DNA of 64,000 nt from Verrucomicrobiales bacterium (GCA_046075565.1 JBJTQJ010000030.1:1-64000); one strand, 5' to 3'. Shown: positions 39,695 through 50,240, counted from the stretch's first letter. Program-made: numbers and translations. The notes: a model not told the origin generated them from the sequence alone.

Positions 39695-40320
39695 CAGCCA
39701 TCGCCCTTCGCATCGGTGTGATCGCGCTCGCGCTGGTCGTGTGGTTTTGGACACAGAAGCTGATTGGCCGCAAACGCGCGGCGGATGGTGGGATCGGTGA
39801 TGTCATTCACGATCTCACGGCTGGCTGGCACCGGTGTTTTCAGAACAACGAAAAAGTGGCGAATCGCTCCCTGGCCCTCAGCTCATTTCTCATCGATGTG
39901 CTGGGTTTGTTCTTGATCGCGTCGGCAATCTTTGGCCCGACTTTTGCACCATTCATCGGAGTTTTGATTGTCTTCTCCCTGCGCCAAGTCTGCCAGCTCT
40001 GCTGCACGCTGCCACCTCCCCCGGGCATCATCTGGCGCGACCCCGGATTCCCGAGCCTGCTCGTAACCTATGGCGTGAGCAACGACTTCTTCTTTTCCGG
40101 TCACACCGCGTTGGCCGTGCTCGGGGCCATCGGAGTCTGCCAAATCGCGCCATGGTGGCTTGGTGGACTGGCCATCCTCATTGCCATCGGAGAGGCGGTT
40201 CTGGTGCTTGTTTTACGCGCCCATTATACCCTGGATGTGATCGCCGGTGCTTTCGCGGCATGGTTCGCAGCCGACATGGCGGCGCGCCTCGCACCATCGG
40301 TGGATGTGTGGCTGAGGTGA
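39691..40320 (+). CDS. Sphingomyelin-synthase-like PAP2 membrane phosphotransferase
   Basis: LRQVCQLCCTLPPP, DFFFSGHT and RAHYTLDVIAG (His-His-Asp triad of the SMS/PAP2_C type). ATGA overlap with the acyltransferase. Confidence 0.8.
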   Translation: MTAIALRIGVIALALVVWFWTQKLIGRKRAADGGIGDVIHDLTAGWHRCFQNNEKVANRSLALSSFLIDVLGLFLIASAIFGPTFAPFIGVLIVFSLRQVCQLCCTLPPPPGIIWRDPGFPSLLVTYGVSNDFFFSGHTALAVLGAIGVCQIAPWWLGGLAILIAIGEAVLVLVLRAHYTLDVIAGAFAAWFAADMAARLAPSVDVWLR

Positions 40321-40335
40321 TTTTGCGGCGGCCAC

Positions 40336-40361
40336 GGACACGACCTAGCGGGCTCGTGTCC
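40336..40361. terminator. Hairpin between convergent genes
   Basis: 8-bp stem GGACACGA/TCGTGTCC with weak U tracts. Confidence 0.45.
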
Positions 40362-40370
40362 TTCCGGATA

Positions 40371-41645
40371 TCAGGAACCCTCCAACCATTTCTCCACCGG
40401 CGCGGTGTTGGCCTGCGGGCCGATGAGGGCAAGGGCGGGTTTGCCGGAGCGGAACGTGCGGGCGGCGCTGGCGGCGACTTCGGCCGGGGTGATGGCGGAG
40501 AGACGTGCGCGGGCGGCATCGGGCGCAAGCACGCGGCCATACCAGAGCAGGCATTCGCCGACCCAGTTCATCTGGTTGACGGTGGATTCGAACCAGAGGT
40601 CTTGTTGGCCGAGAGCAAAGGCGCGGGCGCGATGGAGTTCGGCTTGTTTTGGGGGATGGGAGATGAGTTTTCGTAACTCCCGGCCGAGGGCGCGGGTGGC
40701 CGCTTCGAGTTTGCCGTTTTCAACCGCGGTATAGACTTCGAAAAGTCCGGTCTCGGCAAAGACATCGGTTTCGGTATGCACGGCATAACAAAGTCCGCGT
40801 TGCTCGCGCAGCGCGTGGAAGAGGCGCGAACCCATCGCTTCTCCAGTGAGCACGCTCAGGAGTCTTGTGGCATGCCGGGCAGGGTGTCGGCGACCGGGTG
40901 TGCGGAAACCGAAGGCAAGGTGGGTTTGTTCCGTCTCGCGGGTCTCTCGGCGTGATGCACTGGCTCTCCGGACAGGGAAGGGGAGAGCACGGGCGGGTTT
41001 GCCAACCGGCAACGAACCAAAAAGTGGGCTCAGCTTTTCCACCACTTCGGCATGGGGCCAGGGTGAGGCGACGGCGAGAACGGTATTGGCCGCGACATGG
41101 GTGCGGTCGGTCCATTCCCGCAGCTCGGCGGGTCCGAGACGGGCAAGGCTGGCCGCCGTGCCGGTAATGATGCGACCCAAAGGATGGTTCGGCCAGACCG
41201 CTTCGGAGAGCAGGTCTTCCACATGCTGCCCGGGGTTTTCCCGATACATCTGGATTTCTTCGAGGATGACTTCTTTCTCCCGGCGGCAATCGCGTTCTGA
41301 GTAACGGGCATTGCGGAAAATGTCGGCGAGCACGTCGGCGGCGGTGTCGAGCCGGTCGGCAGGCACCACGGCATGGTAGCAGGTGTGGTCCTCGCTGGTG
41401 AAGGCATTCAATTCACCGCCGACGCCTTCAATATCGAGGGAAATTTTGCGTGCGGAGCGGCGGGCGGTGCCTTTGAAAACCATGTGCTCGACCAAATGGG
41501 CGACCCCGGCGAGGCGGGCCGGTTCGTGCCGCGAGCCGGTGCCCGTCCAGACGCCCAAAGCGGCCACACGGCGGTCGGGCAATTCGACCGTGCCAATGCG
41601 CATACCGTTCGGAAGGGTGCTTGTCTGGTGGCGGAGTGACTCCAT
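40371..41645 (-). CDS. M16 (pitrilysin-like) zinc peptidase
   Basis: Inverted zincin motif [25 protein letters not shown] and [15 protein letters not shown]. Confidence 0.93.
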   Translation of the reverse strand: MESLRHQTSTLPNGMRIGTVELPDRRVAALGVWTGTGSRHEPARLAGVAHLVEHMVFKGTARRSARKISLDIEGVGGELNAFTSEDHTCYHAVVPADRLDTAADVLADIFRNARYSERDCRREKEVILEEIQMYRENPGQHVEDLLSEAVWPNHPLGRIITGTAASLARLGPAELREWTDRTHVAANTVLAVASPWPHAEVVEKLSPLFGSLPVGKPARALPFPVRRASASRRETRETEQTHLAFGFRTPGRRHPARHATRLLSVLTGEAMGSRLFHALREQRGLCYAVHTETDVFAETGLFEVYTAVENGKLEAATRALGRELRKLISHPPKQAELHRARAFALGQQDLWFESTVNQMNWVGECLLWYGRVLAPDAARARLSAITPAEVAASAARTFRSGKPALALIGPQANTAPVEKWLEGS

Positions 41646-41740
41646 GGGAAAAAAACCATGGAACCGGGAAACGCCGGGTGCCAGCAGAAGCACGGCAAAA
41701 TCTGTTCGCAGGGGAGGGTATGCGGGGCTACTTTCCTCCC

Positions 41741-42376
41741 ATGAACCATCCTTTGGGATTCGATGAGGCGCGGGTGCTAGGTTGTCTGTTGGAAAAAGAA
41801 ATGACCACCCCCGATGCCTATCCGCTCACGCCATCGGGCCTGCTCGCGGCGTGCAACCAAACAAGCAGCCGGGAACCGGTCGTGCAGTGGGAGATGGCGC
41901 AAGCGGAGCAAGCCGCGGCGGGGCTGCGCCAATGAGGCATGGCGGCGATGGTTCACATGGCGGGATCGAGGGTGCCGAAGTTCAAGCACTTGCTGGAAGA
42001 GTATTATCCCACCTTGGGGCGGCCGGAGAGGGCTTTGCTTTGTGTCATGCTTCTGCGCGGACCGCAATCGGCCGCTGAGCTAAGGGCCCGCACGGAGCGG
42101 ATGGTTGCTTTCAACGACATCCAAGCAGTGGAAGTTGCGTTGGCTCGTCGCATCGGTCATGGAGAAGGGGCTTTGGTCGCCCAACTCCCAACAGGTCATG
42201 GTCGCCGGGTGGCGGAATACGCACATTTGTTAGGCGGCGAGGTGACGGCGAATGTTTCGCCGGCGAAATCGGCCACCTTCGTGCCTCCTCCGCCGGATCG
42301 CCTGGCTGCACTTGAAGAGGAAGTTGCTGCCCTGCGCGCGGAGCTCGAAGAGCTGAAAAGAAGCCTCGGCGTTTGA
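41741..42376 (+). pseudogene. YceH/DUF480 family protein with an in-frame TGA at 41933-41935
   Basis: [22 protein letters not shown] and [11 protein letters not shown] come before the stop; the same frame continues GSRVPKFKH, LLRGPQSAAELRARTER and YAHLL. Confidence 0.88.
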
Positions 42377-42383
42377 ACGATCT

Positions 42384-44489
42384 TCATCCCACGTGGGAAA
42401 AGTCGACATCGCGTTCGAGGCAGGCTTTCCATGGTTGGTGCTCTGGCAGAGAGAGGTTGGGGTCGGAATCGAGGGTCAGGTCTGCCAATCGGCGGGCGGC
42501 GGCGATGAGCCGGGTATCGGTGATGCGCTCGAGGGCGGGGGCCTCGAGTCCGGGAAGCCCGCTTTGTTCGGTGCCAAGCACATCACCCGGTCCGCGTTGG
42601 CGCAAATCCTCTTCGGCAATGGCGAAGCCGTCGCGCGTGCGGGTGAAGATCTCAAGCCGGCCCGCGTGTTCCGTGTCGTCCTTGCCCAACAAAAGCAGGC
42701 AATAGGATTTGTGCGCGCCGCGCCCGACCCGGCCGCGCAACTGATGGAGCTGTGCCAGTCCGAATCGTCCGGCATCCTCGATGAGCATGACAGTCGCATT
42801 CGGCACGTCGACACCGACTTCGATCACGGTCGTGGTCACGAGGACGTGGATTTCCCCTTCCCGGAAGCGCGTCATGATGCCTTCCTTTTCTTCTGGTGGC
42901 GTGCGTCCTGTTAGGATGGCCGTTGTGTGACCGGGCAGGCGGCGTTGCCAGTCCTGCCATCCGCTGGTGGCATCAGCGGCGTCTTGCTTTTCCGATTCTT
43001 CGACGAGGGGGTGCACGATGTAGGTCTGGCGCCCGAGGGCGAGTTGCTCGCGCACGAATTTGGTGACCCTGCGTTTGTCCGGAGCGATGCGGATGGCGGT
43101 GACGATTTCTCCACGCCCGGGTGGCAGTTCGTCGAGCACGGAGACATCGAGATCACCATAGAGTGTCATGGTGAGCGTTCGAGGGATGGGTGTGGCGGTC
43201 ATCACCAGCACATGGGGGGCGGTGCCAAAGTCCATGAGCCGCGCCCGCTGGGCGACGCCGAATTTGTGCTGCTCGTCGATGACGATGAGCCCGGGTTCCA
43301 CCAGTAGGTCGCGGGCTTTGGCGAAAAGCAGGGCGTGGGTGCCAATGACGATGTCCGGGCGTGTGCCATCAGGCGTAGCTTCGACCCGGGCTCCGGTGCG
43401 CAAGGCAACCGTGCATCCGAGCGGACTGAATTGGCGTGAAAATGTCCGGAAGTGTTGCTCGGCGAGAATCTGAGTCGGGGCCATGACGGCGGCCTGGCAG
43501 CCGGATTCGATGGCGAGTGCGATGGCGGCCATGGCAACGGCGGTTTTTCCCGAACCAACATCTCCCTGAAGCAGCCGCCGCATTGGGGAGCTTCGTTTCA
43601 AATCAGCGCGGATTTCCCGCACCGTGCGCTTCTGGGCTTCCGTCATGTCGAACGGAAAGCCCTTCGCCAGCTCGGCCAACAAAACCCCTCGGCCACAGCG
43701 GGCTTGGCCGGGAGCGGAGTCGCGAGCGCGGCGTCGATGGGCTACGGCAAGCTGGAGCCGGAAGAAGGCACCAAGGGCGAACTCTCTCGAGGCGGCGGCC
43801 AATTCTTCTTCGGACTCCGGGAAATGCAATGCACGCAGGCTGGAAAAGGCATCAGATGGCGAATGACCGAGCACGGCCTCCGCTTCCTTCGCGCATCGGC
43901 TTGGCAGCAGGGGAGGGAAGGAAGTCGCGACCTCACTTGAGGAAATTTCCCCGAGCGCCCGGTGAATGAGGCTGCGGAGGAACTTCTGTTTGATACCCGT
44001 GGCCAGCGGATAGATCGGAACGATGCGGCCGACATGGATGGTGGTGATGGAGGTGTCATCCGGTTCTAGCACTTCGATCTCCGGGTGGTCGATGATGAGC
44101 CGATCCTTCACCGCTTTCACTTTTCCATAAGCGAAGAGCCGATCGCCGCCCGCGATGGCTTTTTGCATCCAGGAGAGATTGAACCACCGGGCCACGAGTT
44201 TTCCTCCCTCGCCGCCTCGTGCGGGCACGAGGGTGGCTTCGAAGATGGATTTGGCACGCCCGAATCGTAACAAACGGGTGTCGATCACCATCGCATCAAG
44301 GGAAACCGGCAACGAACTCGCGGTGGTCGGGAACGCCGAAGCATGCCGTCGATCCTCATGGCGGCGGGGCAAATGATGAAGCAGTTCGGCGACCGACTTC
44401 AAGCCGAGCGCGGCCAAGGCTGTCTTCTGCGGCGTGGTCAGACGAGTCCAGTCCGCGATGGCGGGTGATGGCGGCGGCGTTTCGGGCAT
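42384..44489 (-). CDS. recG: ATP-dependent DNA helicase RecG
   Basis: LQGDVGSGKT, APTQILAEQH, DEQHKFGV, MTATPIPRTL, QLHQLRGRVGRG and DGFAIAEEDL. Confidence 0.97.
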   Translation of the reverse strand: MPETPPPSPAIADWTRLTTPQKTALAALGLKSVAELLHHLPRRHEDRRHASAFPTTASSLPVSLDAMVIDTRLLRFGRAKSIFEATLVPARGGEGGKLVARWFNLSWMQKAIAGGDRLFAYGKVKAVKDRLIIDHPEIEVLEPDDTSITTIHVGRIVPIYPLATGIKQKFLRSLIHRALGEISSSEVATSFPPLLPSRCAKEAEAVLGHSPSDAFSSLRALHFPESEEELAAASREFALGAFFRLQLAVAHRRRARDSAPGQARCGRGVLLAELAKGFPFDMTEAQKRTVREIRADLKRSSPMRRLLQGDVGSGKTAVAMAAIALAIESGCQAAVMAPTQILAEQHFRTFSRQFSPLGCTVALRTGARVEATPDGTRPDIVIGTHALLFAKARDLLVEPGLIVIDEQHKFGVAQRARLMDFGTAPHVLVMTATPIPRTLTMTLYGDLDVSVLDELPPGRGEIVTAIRIAPDKRRVTKFVREQLALGRQTYIVHPLVEESEKQDAADATSGWQDWQRRLPGHTTAILTGRTPPEEKEGIMTRFREGEIHVLVTTTVIEVGVDVPNATVMLIEDAGRFGLAQLHQLRGRVGRGAHKSYCLLLLGKDDTEHAGRLEIFTRTRDGFAIAEEDLRQRGPGDVLGTEQSGLPGLEAPALERITDTRLIAAARRLADLTLDSDPNLSLPEHQPWKACLERDVDFSHVG

Positions 44490-46168
44490 CACGGATTGGG
44501 GTCGCTCGAACGCAGGGCGGACACGCGCATCTGTGGAGATCGGCGGCCATTCCATTCGTTGGCTTCGAGGTGGAATACAACATCCCACGGCGGAGCAGGC
44601 AGGGGACCACGCGTAGCACCGCCAAACCAGATGGCATCGCAGAAACCGCGTCCCTGACGCACGGGGATTTTATAATGTTTTTCCTTGAGCACACGCGGAG
44701 GATTCGAGGGCTCGACCCCCCGCACGACGAGCAGGGGTTCGCCGAAACCCTGGCCGAATGGACTGAGCCATTTCCAAGCGTCTAACAAGGCATCATTCAA
44801 CTCCTCCAGCCTCACCACGGCATCAGGGGCGATCACGGGATGGAAGACCGAAGGATCGACGATGGCGGCGACATGTGCGGTGACCGCTTCCCGGAATCCC
44901 TCCACCTCTTCATGTCGGATGGTGATGCCAGCGGCCATGTCGTGCCCTCCGCCTTTGACCAGCCGATCGCGACAAGCGTGGATGATGTTGGTCAGGGAAA
45001 TACCTGCGATTGAACGGGCCGAGCCCTTACCCATGCGGTTGTCGTCGAAACCGATGACAAAGGCCGGCCGATGGAAGTGGCGTGCGATGCGCGAGGCCAC
45101 GATGCCGACCACGCCCGGATGCCAGGAATCGCCGGAAAGCACGAAGGCCGGGACATCGCCGAGGATCTCCGCTTGAGCGAGGGCTTGTTGGAAGACCTCC
45201 TGTTCGAGTTGCTGGCGCTCGCGATTATGGTCATCGAGCAGACCGGCCAATTCATCGGCAGTAGTTTCATCGGCGGCAGCCAACAAGTCGAAGGCATGGC
45301 GGGCGGTATCCAGACGGCCGGCCGCGTTCAAGCGTGGGCCTAGGCGGAATCCGATGTCGCTGGCGACCATTTTCCCATTCAGGCCCGCGAGTTTTTTCAA
45401 GGCAACCAGTCCGGGGCGGTTCGTGCGCGCGAGTTCCGCGAGTCCGTGGCGCACGAGCAAGCGGTTCTCATCCACCAGTGGAACAATGTCGGCCACCGTC
45501 GCTAGCGCGACCAGATCGAGATGGGCCTTCAAATCAAAGACCGAGCGATCGAGCGGACGCGTTTTCAAGAGTCCGTGGATCACTTTGAAGACGACTCCGG
45601 CGGAGCAGAGGTAGGGTTGTTCGCCGCTTACTTTCGGGTTCACGATGGCGGCGCAGGCGGGCATTCCCTCCGGCGCGGCCTCATGGTGATCGAGGACGAT
45701 CAAATCCACGCCCCTTTCGGCCAGCCAAAGCGCCTCGTGTGACGACGTCGTCCCGCAATCGACGGCCACGACCAGAGAGGGATTCGTTTCTTCCAGGCAA
45801 CGCGCGAGACCGTCTTCGGAGAGCCCATACCCTTCCTCCATGCGATGGGGCAGGGTCACCGATGCTTGCACACCGTAGGCGGCCAGACCGGAGCGGAGCA
45901 ACGCGAGGGAGCTTACGCCGTCAACATCGTAATCTCCGTAGAGAGTCACCCGTTCACCCTTGTCGACGGCGGCTAACAAACGCGCGACCGCCTTGTCGAG
46001 CCCGCGAAGGAGAAATGGATCCCGCAAATCCTGCAAACGCGGACGGAGGAAGGCATCAGGGGTTTGAATTCCGCGACGGTGCAAGATTTCCGCCACCAAC
46101 CGCGGGTATCCCGGCAACAAGGGGGGATCGACAGCGGGGGGAAGAATCCAGCGTGGTTCGGAGCGCAT
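44489..46168 (-). CDS. recJ: Single-stranded-DNA-specific exonuclease RecJ
   Basis: YGDYDVDG, VDCG, LDHH (DHH), PRLNAAGRL, HPGVVGIVA, GSARS and GGHDMAAG. Confidence 0.97.
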   Translation of the reverse strand: MRSEPRWILPPAVDPPLLPGYPRLVAEILHRRGIQTPDAFLRPRLQDLRDPFLLRGLDKAVARLLAAVDKGERVTLYGDYDVDGVSSLALLRSGLAAYGVQASVTLPHRMEEGYGLSEDGLARCLEETNPSLVVAVDCGTTSSHEALWLAERGVDLIVLDHHEAAPEGMPACAAIVNPKVSGEQPYLCSAGVVFKVIHGLLKTRPLDRSVFDLKAHLDLVALATVADIVPLVDENRLLVRHGLAELARTNRPGLVALKKLAGLNGKMVASDIGFRLGPRLNAAGRLDTARHAFDLLAAADETTADELAGLLDDHNRERQQLEQEVFQQALAQAEILGDVPAFVLSGDSWHPGVVGIVASRIARHFHRPAFVIGFDDNRMGKGSARSIAGISLTNIIHACRDRLVKGGGHDMAAGITIRHEEVEGFREAVTAHVAAIVDPSVFHPVIAPDAVVRLEELNDALLDAWKWLSPFGQGFGEPLLVVRGVEPSNPPRVLKEKHYKIPVRQGRGFCDAIWFGGATRGPLPAPPWDVVFHLEANEWNGRRSPQMRVSALRSSDPNP

Positions 46169-46179
46169 GATGGCGAAAT

Positions 46180-46665
46180 TCAATCCTGGGGCTCAGCGAG
46201 TTGGTCCGGCAAGAGGAAGCCGCGTTGGCCCTCTTGGGGCAGCACCCATTCCGCCTCAATGGTGGTGGTTTCAATCACTGCATAACCGGGCGCGCTATTG
46301 AAAAAGGAGAGGAAATAGGCGCGACTCTTATCCTCGAACAACGCCCAGACTTTCTTAATCCGTTTGATGTCTTCGAGTACGCGGGATTCGCCGCGCAAGT
46401 AGAGCACGATATCGCGTTCGGCATCCACGAGCATCCATTCGGTGCGGGGATTCTTTCGGATGTGGCGGATCTTCGCGCTATCGGGCGAGGTGAGGGAATA
46501 AAGGTGGTGCCGATCAGGTGGGCACGCGGTGCCCATCCAGGCCGCATGGGGCCAGCCTTCGTTGGAAACGGTCGTAAAAATGGCCACGGCTCCGCCATCG
46601 GCAGGCGATTTGAGCATGCGGCGCAGCCTTTCGAGGATTTCGGGAGCGGGAGAAATGGAGTGCAT
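46180..46665 (-). CDS. Pyridoxamine 5'-phosphate oxidase-like FMN-binding protein
   Basis: TTVSNEGWPHA and SAKIRHIRKNPR split-barrel pattern. Start uncertain. Confidence 0.75.
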   Translation of the reverse strand: MHSISPAPEILERLRRMLKSPADGGAVAIFTTVSNEGWPHAAWMGTACPPDRHHLYSLTSPDSAKIRHIRKNPRTEWMLVDAERDIVLYLRGESRVLEDIKRIKKVWALFEDKSRAYFLSFFNSAPGYAVIETTTIEAEWVLPQEGQRGFLLPDQLAEPQD

Positions 46666-46775
46666 CAACCTCCCATGCAACCACATCCGGGGGCATTCGG
46701 CAAGAGAATGGACCAAAATCGTCGTCCGTGACGTAATTATCTCGGGCGGATCTTCGTCCGAAAGCACAAAAATCC

Positions 46776-47888
46776 ATGAAGTGGTCCTTTTCCATCGGCC
46801 GGGTCGCGGGTACGGATGTACGCATCCATGTCACCTTTTTCCTCCTCTTGGCCTTCATCGCCTTCAGTTACGGGGCCATGGGGGCTTTGCTCACCGTCAC
46901 CCTCTTTCTGTGCGTGCTTCTGCACGAATTCGGCCACATTTTCGCGGCCAAACGCTACGGAATACGCACTCCGGATGTGACCCTCTTGCCAATCGGCGGG
47001 CTGGCCCGTCTCGAGCGGATGCCGAAAAAGCCGAGCGAGGAACTGGTAGTCGCCCTCGCCGGGCCGGCCGTGAACGTGGTCATCGCCGCCGGCTTGTTCC
47101 TATTCCTCGGAGGAATGCCCAAGCACACGCTCACGCCCAAACTCGACGGGGTGCCGGCCTTTCTTCAAACGGTCATGGTCGCCAACATCTGGCTCGCCAT
47201 TTTTAATCTGTCCCCGGCCTTTCCCATGGATGGAGGACGCGTCCTCCGCGCCCTGCTCGCCACGAAGTTACCCTACACCCGCGCGACCCAAATCGCCGCC
47301 ACCATCGGACAGGTCATCGCCTTCGCCGGAGGCATCTGGGCTCTGCTCAACATGCAGCCGATTCTCGTTCTGATTGCCTTCTTCATCTTCATCGGCGCCG
47401 GGCAAGAAGCTTCGTCCGTGCGCATGGACTCGGCAACCACTGGTTTGCCGGTGACCTCGGCGATGATGACCCGTTTCCAGATTCTTTCGCCGCAGGACAG
47501 TCTGCAAGCCGCCATCACCGCTCTGCTTGCCGGTTCGCAACATGATTTCCCCGTCGTTGATGGCGGGGGGCGCGTGCGGGGCATTCTCGTTCGCGCCGAT
47601 CTCTTCAAGGCGCTCGGCGAACACGGCCCGGGCCACTCAGTTTATGAAATCGCGAGGAAGGAGCCGCCGATTCTGCGCACCGATTTCATGCTTACTCATG
47701 CCCTCGGCATCCTCTCCGAAAGTGGATTCGCCACCTTGCCGGTGCTGGACGCGGAATCCGAGCGTCTTGTTGGTCTGCTGACTTCCGAAAATGTCGCGGA
47801 AATGATGATGATTGCCCAGGTGGTCGAAAGCCGCCGCGAGAGGCTGGGAGGCCCGACCCCGCCTCCGTTGCCGGACGAGAGGACTTGA
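46776..47888 (+). CDS. M50 site-2 protease with CBS domains
   Basis: HEFGH, ALAGPAVN, FNLSPAFPMDGGR and a C-terminal CBS pair (FPVVD, LPVLD). Confidence 0.93.
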   Translation: MKWSFSIGRVAGTDVRIHVTFFLLLAFIAFSYGAMGALLTVTLFLCVLLHEFGHIFAAKRYGIRTPDVTLLPIGGLARLERMPKKPSEELVVALAGPAVNVVIAAGLFLFLGGMPKHTLTPKLDGVPAFLQTVMVANIWLAIFNLSPAFPMDGGRVLRALLATKLPYTRATQIAATIGQVIAFAGGIWALLNMQPILVLIAFFIFIGAGQEASSVRMDSATTGLPVTSAMMTRFQILSPQDSLQAAITALLAGSQHDFPVVDGGGRVRGILVRADLFKALGEHGPGHSVYEIARKEPPILRTDFMLTHALGILSESGFATLPVLDAESERLVGLLTSENVAEMMMIAQVVESRRERLGGPTPPPLPDERT

Positions 47889-47897
47889 GATTACCGT

Positions 47898-49022
47898 TCA
47901 TTTTCCGAAGACAAAACAGACCGGTGCGGGACAGGCCACTGGCTCGCCCGACGGGCTCAGTTTGCCTGTCTCTGGGTCGATGCGGTGGACTTGGATGGTG
48001 TTCGAAGCTTGGCCACCCGCTAGCAACCATTTTCCATCCGGGCTGATGGCGAAATTCCGGGGGATCTTCACGCCCGCCGGAACATGCTGGATGGCTTGCA
48101 GCTTGCGGTCGGAGCCCACGGAAAAAACCGTGATGAAGTCGCGCCCTTGGTCGGTTAGGTCACGGGTGGATGAGTAAACGAATTTACCACCGGGATGAAC
48201 GCGGATTTCTGCGGAGGTCAGGCCATCGACGGGAAGATTGTCGGGACGACCCGCAGCGACGTGGAGAGGTTTGAGTTTTCCTTCCTCCGCCGACCAATCG
48301 AAAACGCCCACCGTCTGGTCGAGTTCGTTGACGACAAAGATGGTTTTGTTATCCGTGCCCACGGCCAGATGGCGTGGCCCCGCTCTTGGGGGTGTCGATG
48401 CCCGGGAGACCTCGCGCACGAAACTGGCACCCGCGTCGATTTCATAAACCACCACCGCGTCGCAACCCAAATCAGGTGCCGCGGCATGACGACCACCGGG
48501 CAGTGGAACAAACGCATGTGCATGCGCTTCTTTCTGCCTTTCATGTGGACCTTGCCCTTTGTGTTCGATAAGGGAAACCCTCCGCAAGGATCCGCTCTCT
48601 TTGTTAAAGGCAAATGAAGCGACCGAGCCGCCGCCGTAGTTTGCGGCCAGAACGGTCTTGCCATCCGCAGTGAAACTCACATGGCAGACCCCGCCACCGG
48701 TGACGGCACGAGCCACTTCCTCCCATGGAGCATCGTCTTTCATCCTCCAGACCACCACATGACCGCTCGGCTTTTTTTCTCCGTCCGCCTGGAGATTGGC
48801 GGTCGTCACGGCGTGAGAGCCATCGCTGGAAAGCGCGAGAAATCCCGCCCGATCCACCTTGGCCACCCGCTCGGGGGCAGACAGTTTGCCGGTTTCTGTA
48901 TCGAATTTCGCCCGGTAAGCCCCAGCATTTTCGCCCTCCGCGAATGTGCCAATCCAGGCATCGACCGTCGCCGACTGGAGCAGGGGTGTGGTAGCGAGGA
49001 AAAGGAAGAGTAGGCAGCGCAT
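47898..49022 (-). CDS. Secreted lactonase family protein (6-phosphogluconolactonase-like beta-propeller)
   Basis: Signal peptide, ANYGGGSV, RQKEAHAH, DLGCD, GPRHL, VNEL and PRNFAISPDG. Confidence 0.9.
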   Translation of the reverse strand: MRCLLFLFLATTPLLQSATVDAWIGTFAEGENAGAYRAKFDTETGKLSAPERVAKVDRAGFLALSSDGSHAVTTANLQADGEKKPSGHVVVWRMKDDAPWEEVARAVTGGGVCHVSFTADGKTVLAANYGGGSVASFAFNKESGSLRRVSLIEHKGQGPHERQKEAHAHAFVPLPGGRHAAAPDLGCDAVVVYEIDAGASFVREVSRASTPPRAGPRHLAVGTDNKTIFVVNELDQTVGVFDWSAEEGKLKPLHVAAGRPDNLPVDGLTSAEIRVHPGGKFVYSSTRDLTDQGRDFITVFSVGSDRKLQAIQHVPAGVKIPRNFAISPDGKWLLAGGQASNTIQVHRIDPETGKLSPSGEPVACPAPVCFVFGK

Positions 49023-49115
49023 GCCGCCATAACCACTTGTCGCGGGCGATTCTGTCAGCCAAATTCCTGACAGACCCGCTCGCCCGCGGGCGTCTTCTTC
49101 TCACCAAACGTTGCC

Positions 49116-50183
49116 ATGAATCCGCGCCATCTCGTCTTCGCCTCACTTCTTACCACCATGTCCACCCTTTCCGCTGCCGAGGGGCTTTCCCCCGACTGGA
49201 CCAATGTCGCACCCGCCGATGCCCAAATCATGGGTGACTACGAAGGCACCTACCTTGATGCTCCCAAGGGTCACTACTTCGAAATCAACAAACCGGTGGC
49301 CGCTCAGCTCATGAATGTCAGCGATGGCCAGTATGCCATCCGCTTCACCCAACAGCTCGATGCCCGGTCCGATCCCTATTTTGAAGGTTCGGCCAAGCTC
49401 GAAGGTGACGCGGTTGTCTTCGACGAAAAGGGATGGAGCGGCAGAGCGACCAAAGACGATCTCACCGGCATTGCCAACTATGGCGGCAAGCAGGTGAAAT
49501 TTGATCTCAAACGTGTCGACCGCGCATCCCCGACCCTCGGAGCGAAAGCCCCCGAAGGGGCCGTTGTCCTCTTCGACGGAAAAAACTTCGACCAATGGCA
49601 GCACGGCGACGGACGCCCGGTTACCTGGCGCATTCTGGAAAACGGGGTCATGGAAATCCCGAATCCGAAATCCAAGGAGGACCGCGAGAAACGCATCGGC
49701 GGCGACATCCAAACGAAGGAATCCTTCGGCGACTGCCGCATCCATCTCGAATTCCGTTATCCGGTGGAGCCCGGTAAAGCCGGCCAAGGACGCGGCAACA
49801 GCGGGTTCTTCTTCCAACGCGACTACGAAGTGCAAATCCTCAACTCCTACGGACTCCACGGATATTGGAATGAATGTGGTGCCCTTTACAAACTCTCCCC
49901 GCCCAAGGTGAATGCCGCTCGTCCGCCGATGCAATGGCAGACCTATGATGTCGAATACACGGCCTCGGTCTGGAAAGATGGCAAAATGACCGCCGCTCCC
50001 CGCATCACCGTGCTTCACAACGGTGTGCTCATCCACGATGACCAGGAAATCAGCCACGTCACCGCGCATGCCTTCGACCAACGCGAGAAAAACCCGCAAG
50101 GCCCCGGACCCATCCGCCTTCAGGATCACAGCAATGCCATCCAATTCCGGAATATCTGGATCGTCCCAGGCAAGAAGAAGTAG
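49116..50183 (+). CDS. Secreted DUF1080 (3-keto-disaccharide hydrolase) domain protein
   Basis: Signal peptide, VVLFDGK, HLEFR, GNSGFF, YEVQIL, WQTYDV and LQDH...FRNIW. Confidence 0.92.
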   Translation: MNPRHLVFASLLTTMSTLSAAEGLSPDWTNVAPADAQIMGDYEGTYLDAPKGHYFEINKPVAAQLMNVSDGQYAIRFTQQLDARSDPYFEGSAKLEGDAVVFDEKGWSGRATKDDLTGIANYGGKQVKFDLKRVDRASPTLGAKAPEGAVVLFDGKNFDQWQHGDGRPVTWRILENGVMEIPNPKSKEDREKRIGGDIQTKESFGDCRIHLEFRYPVEPGKAGQGRGNSGFFFQRDYEVQILNSYGLHGYWNECGALYKLSPPKVNAARPPMQWQTYDVEYTASVWKDGKMTAAPRITVLHNGVLIHDDQEISHVTAHAFDQREKNPQGPGPIRLQDHSNAIQFRNIWIVPGKKK

Positions 50184-50240
50184 CAAGTCGAGCGCTCAAC
50201 CACCGGCTACCGGCCGGGAAACGTCAATCTACCATCCACC

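Noticed and set aside
7274..42376. Alternative genetic code or stop-codon reassignment explaining the in-frame stops
   Set aside because: The internal stops are of all three types (TAG, TAA, TGA). All three also end intact genes here (yicC TAG, thyA TAA, gcvP TGA), and frameshifts co-occur.
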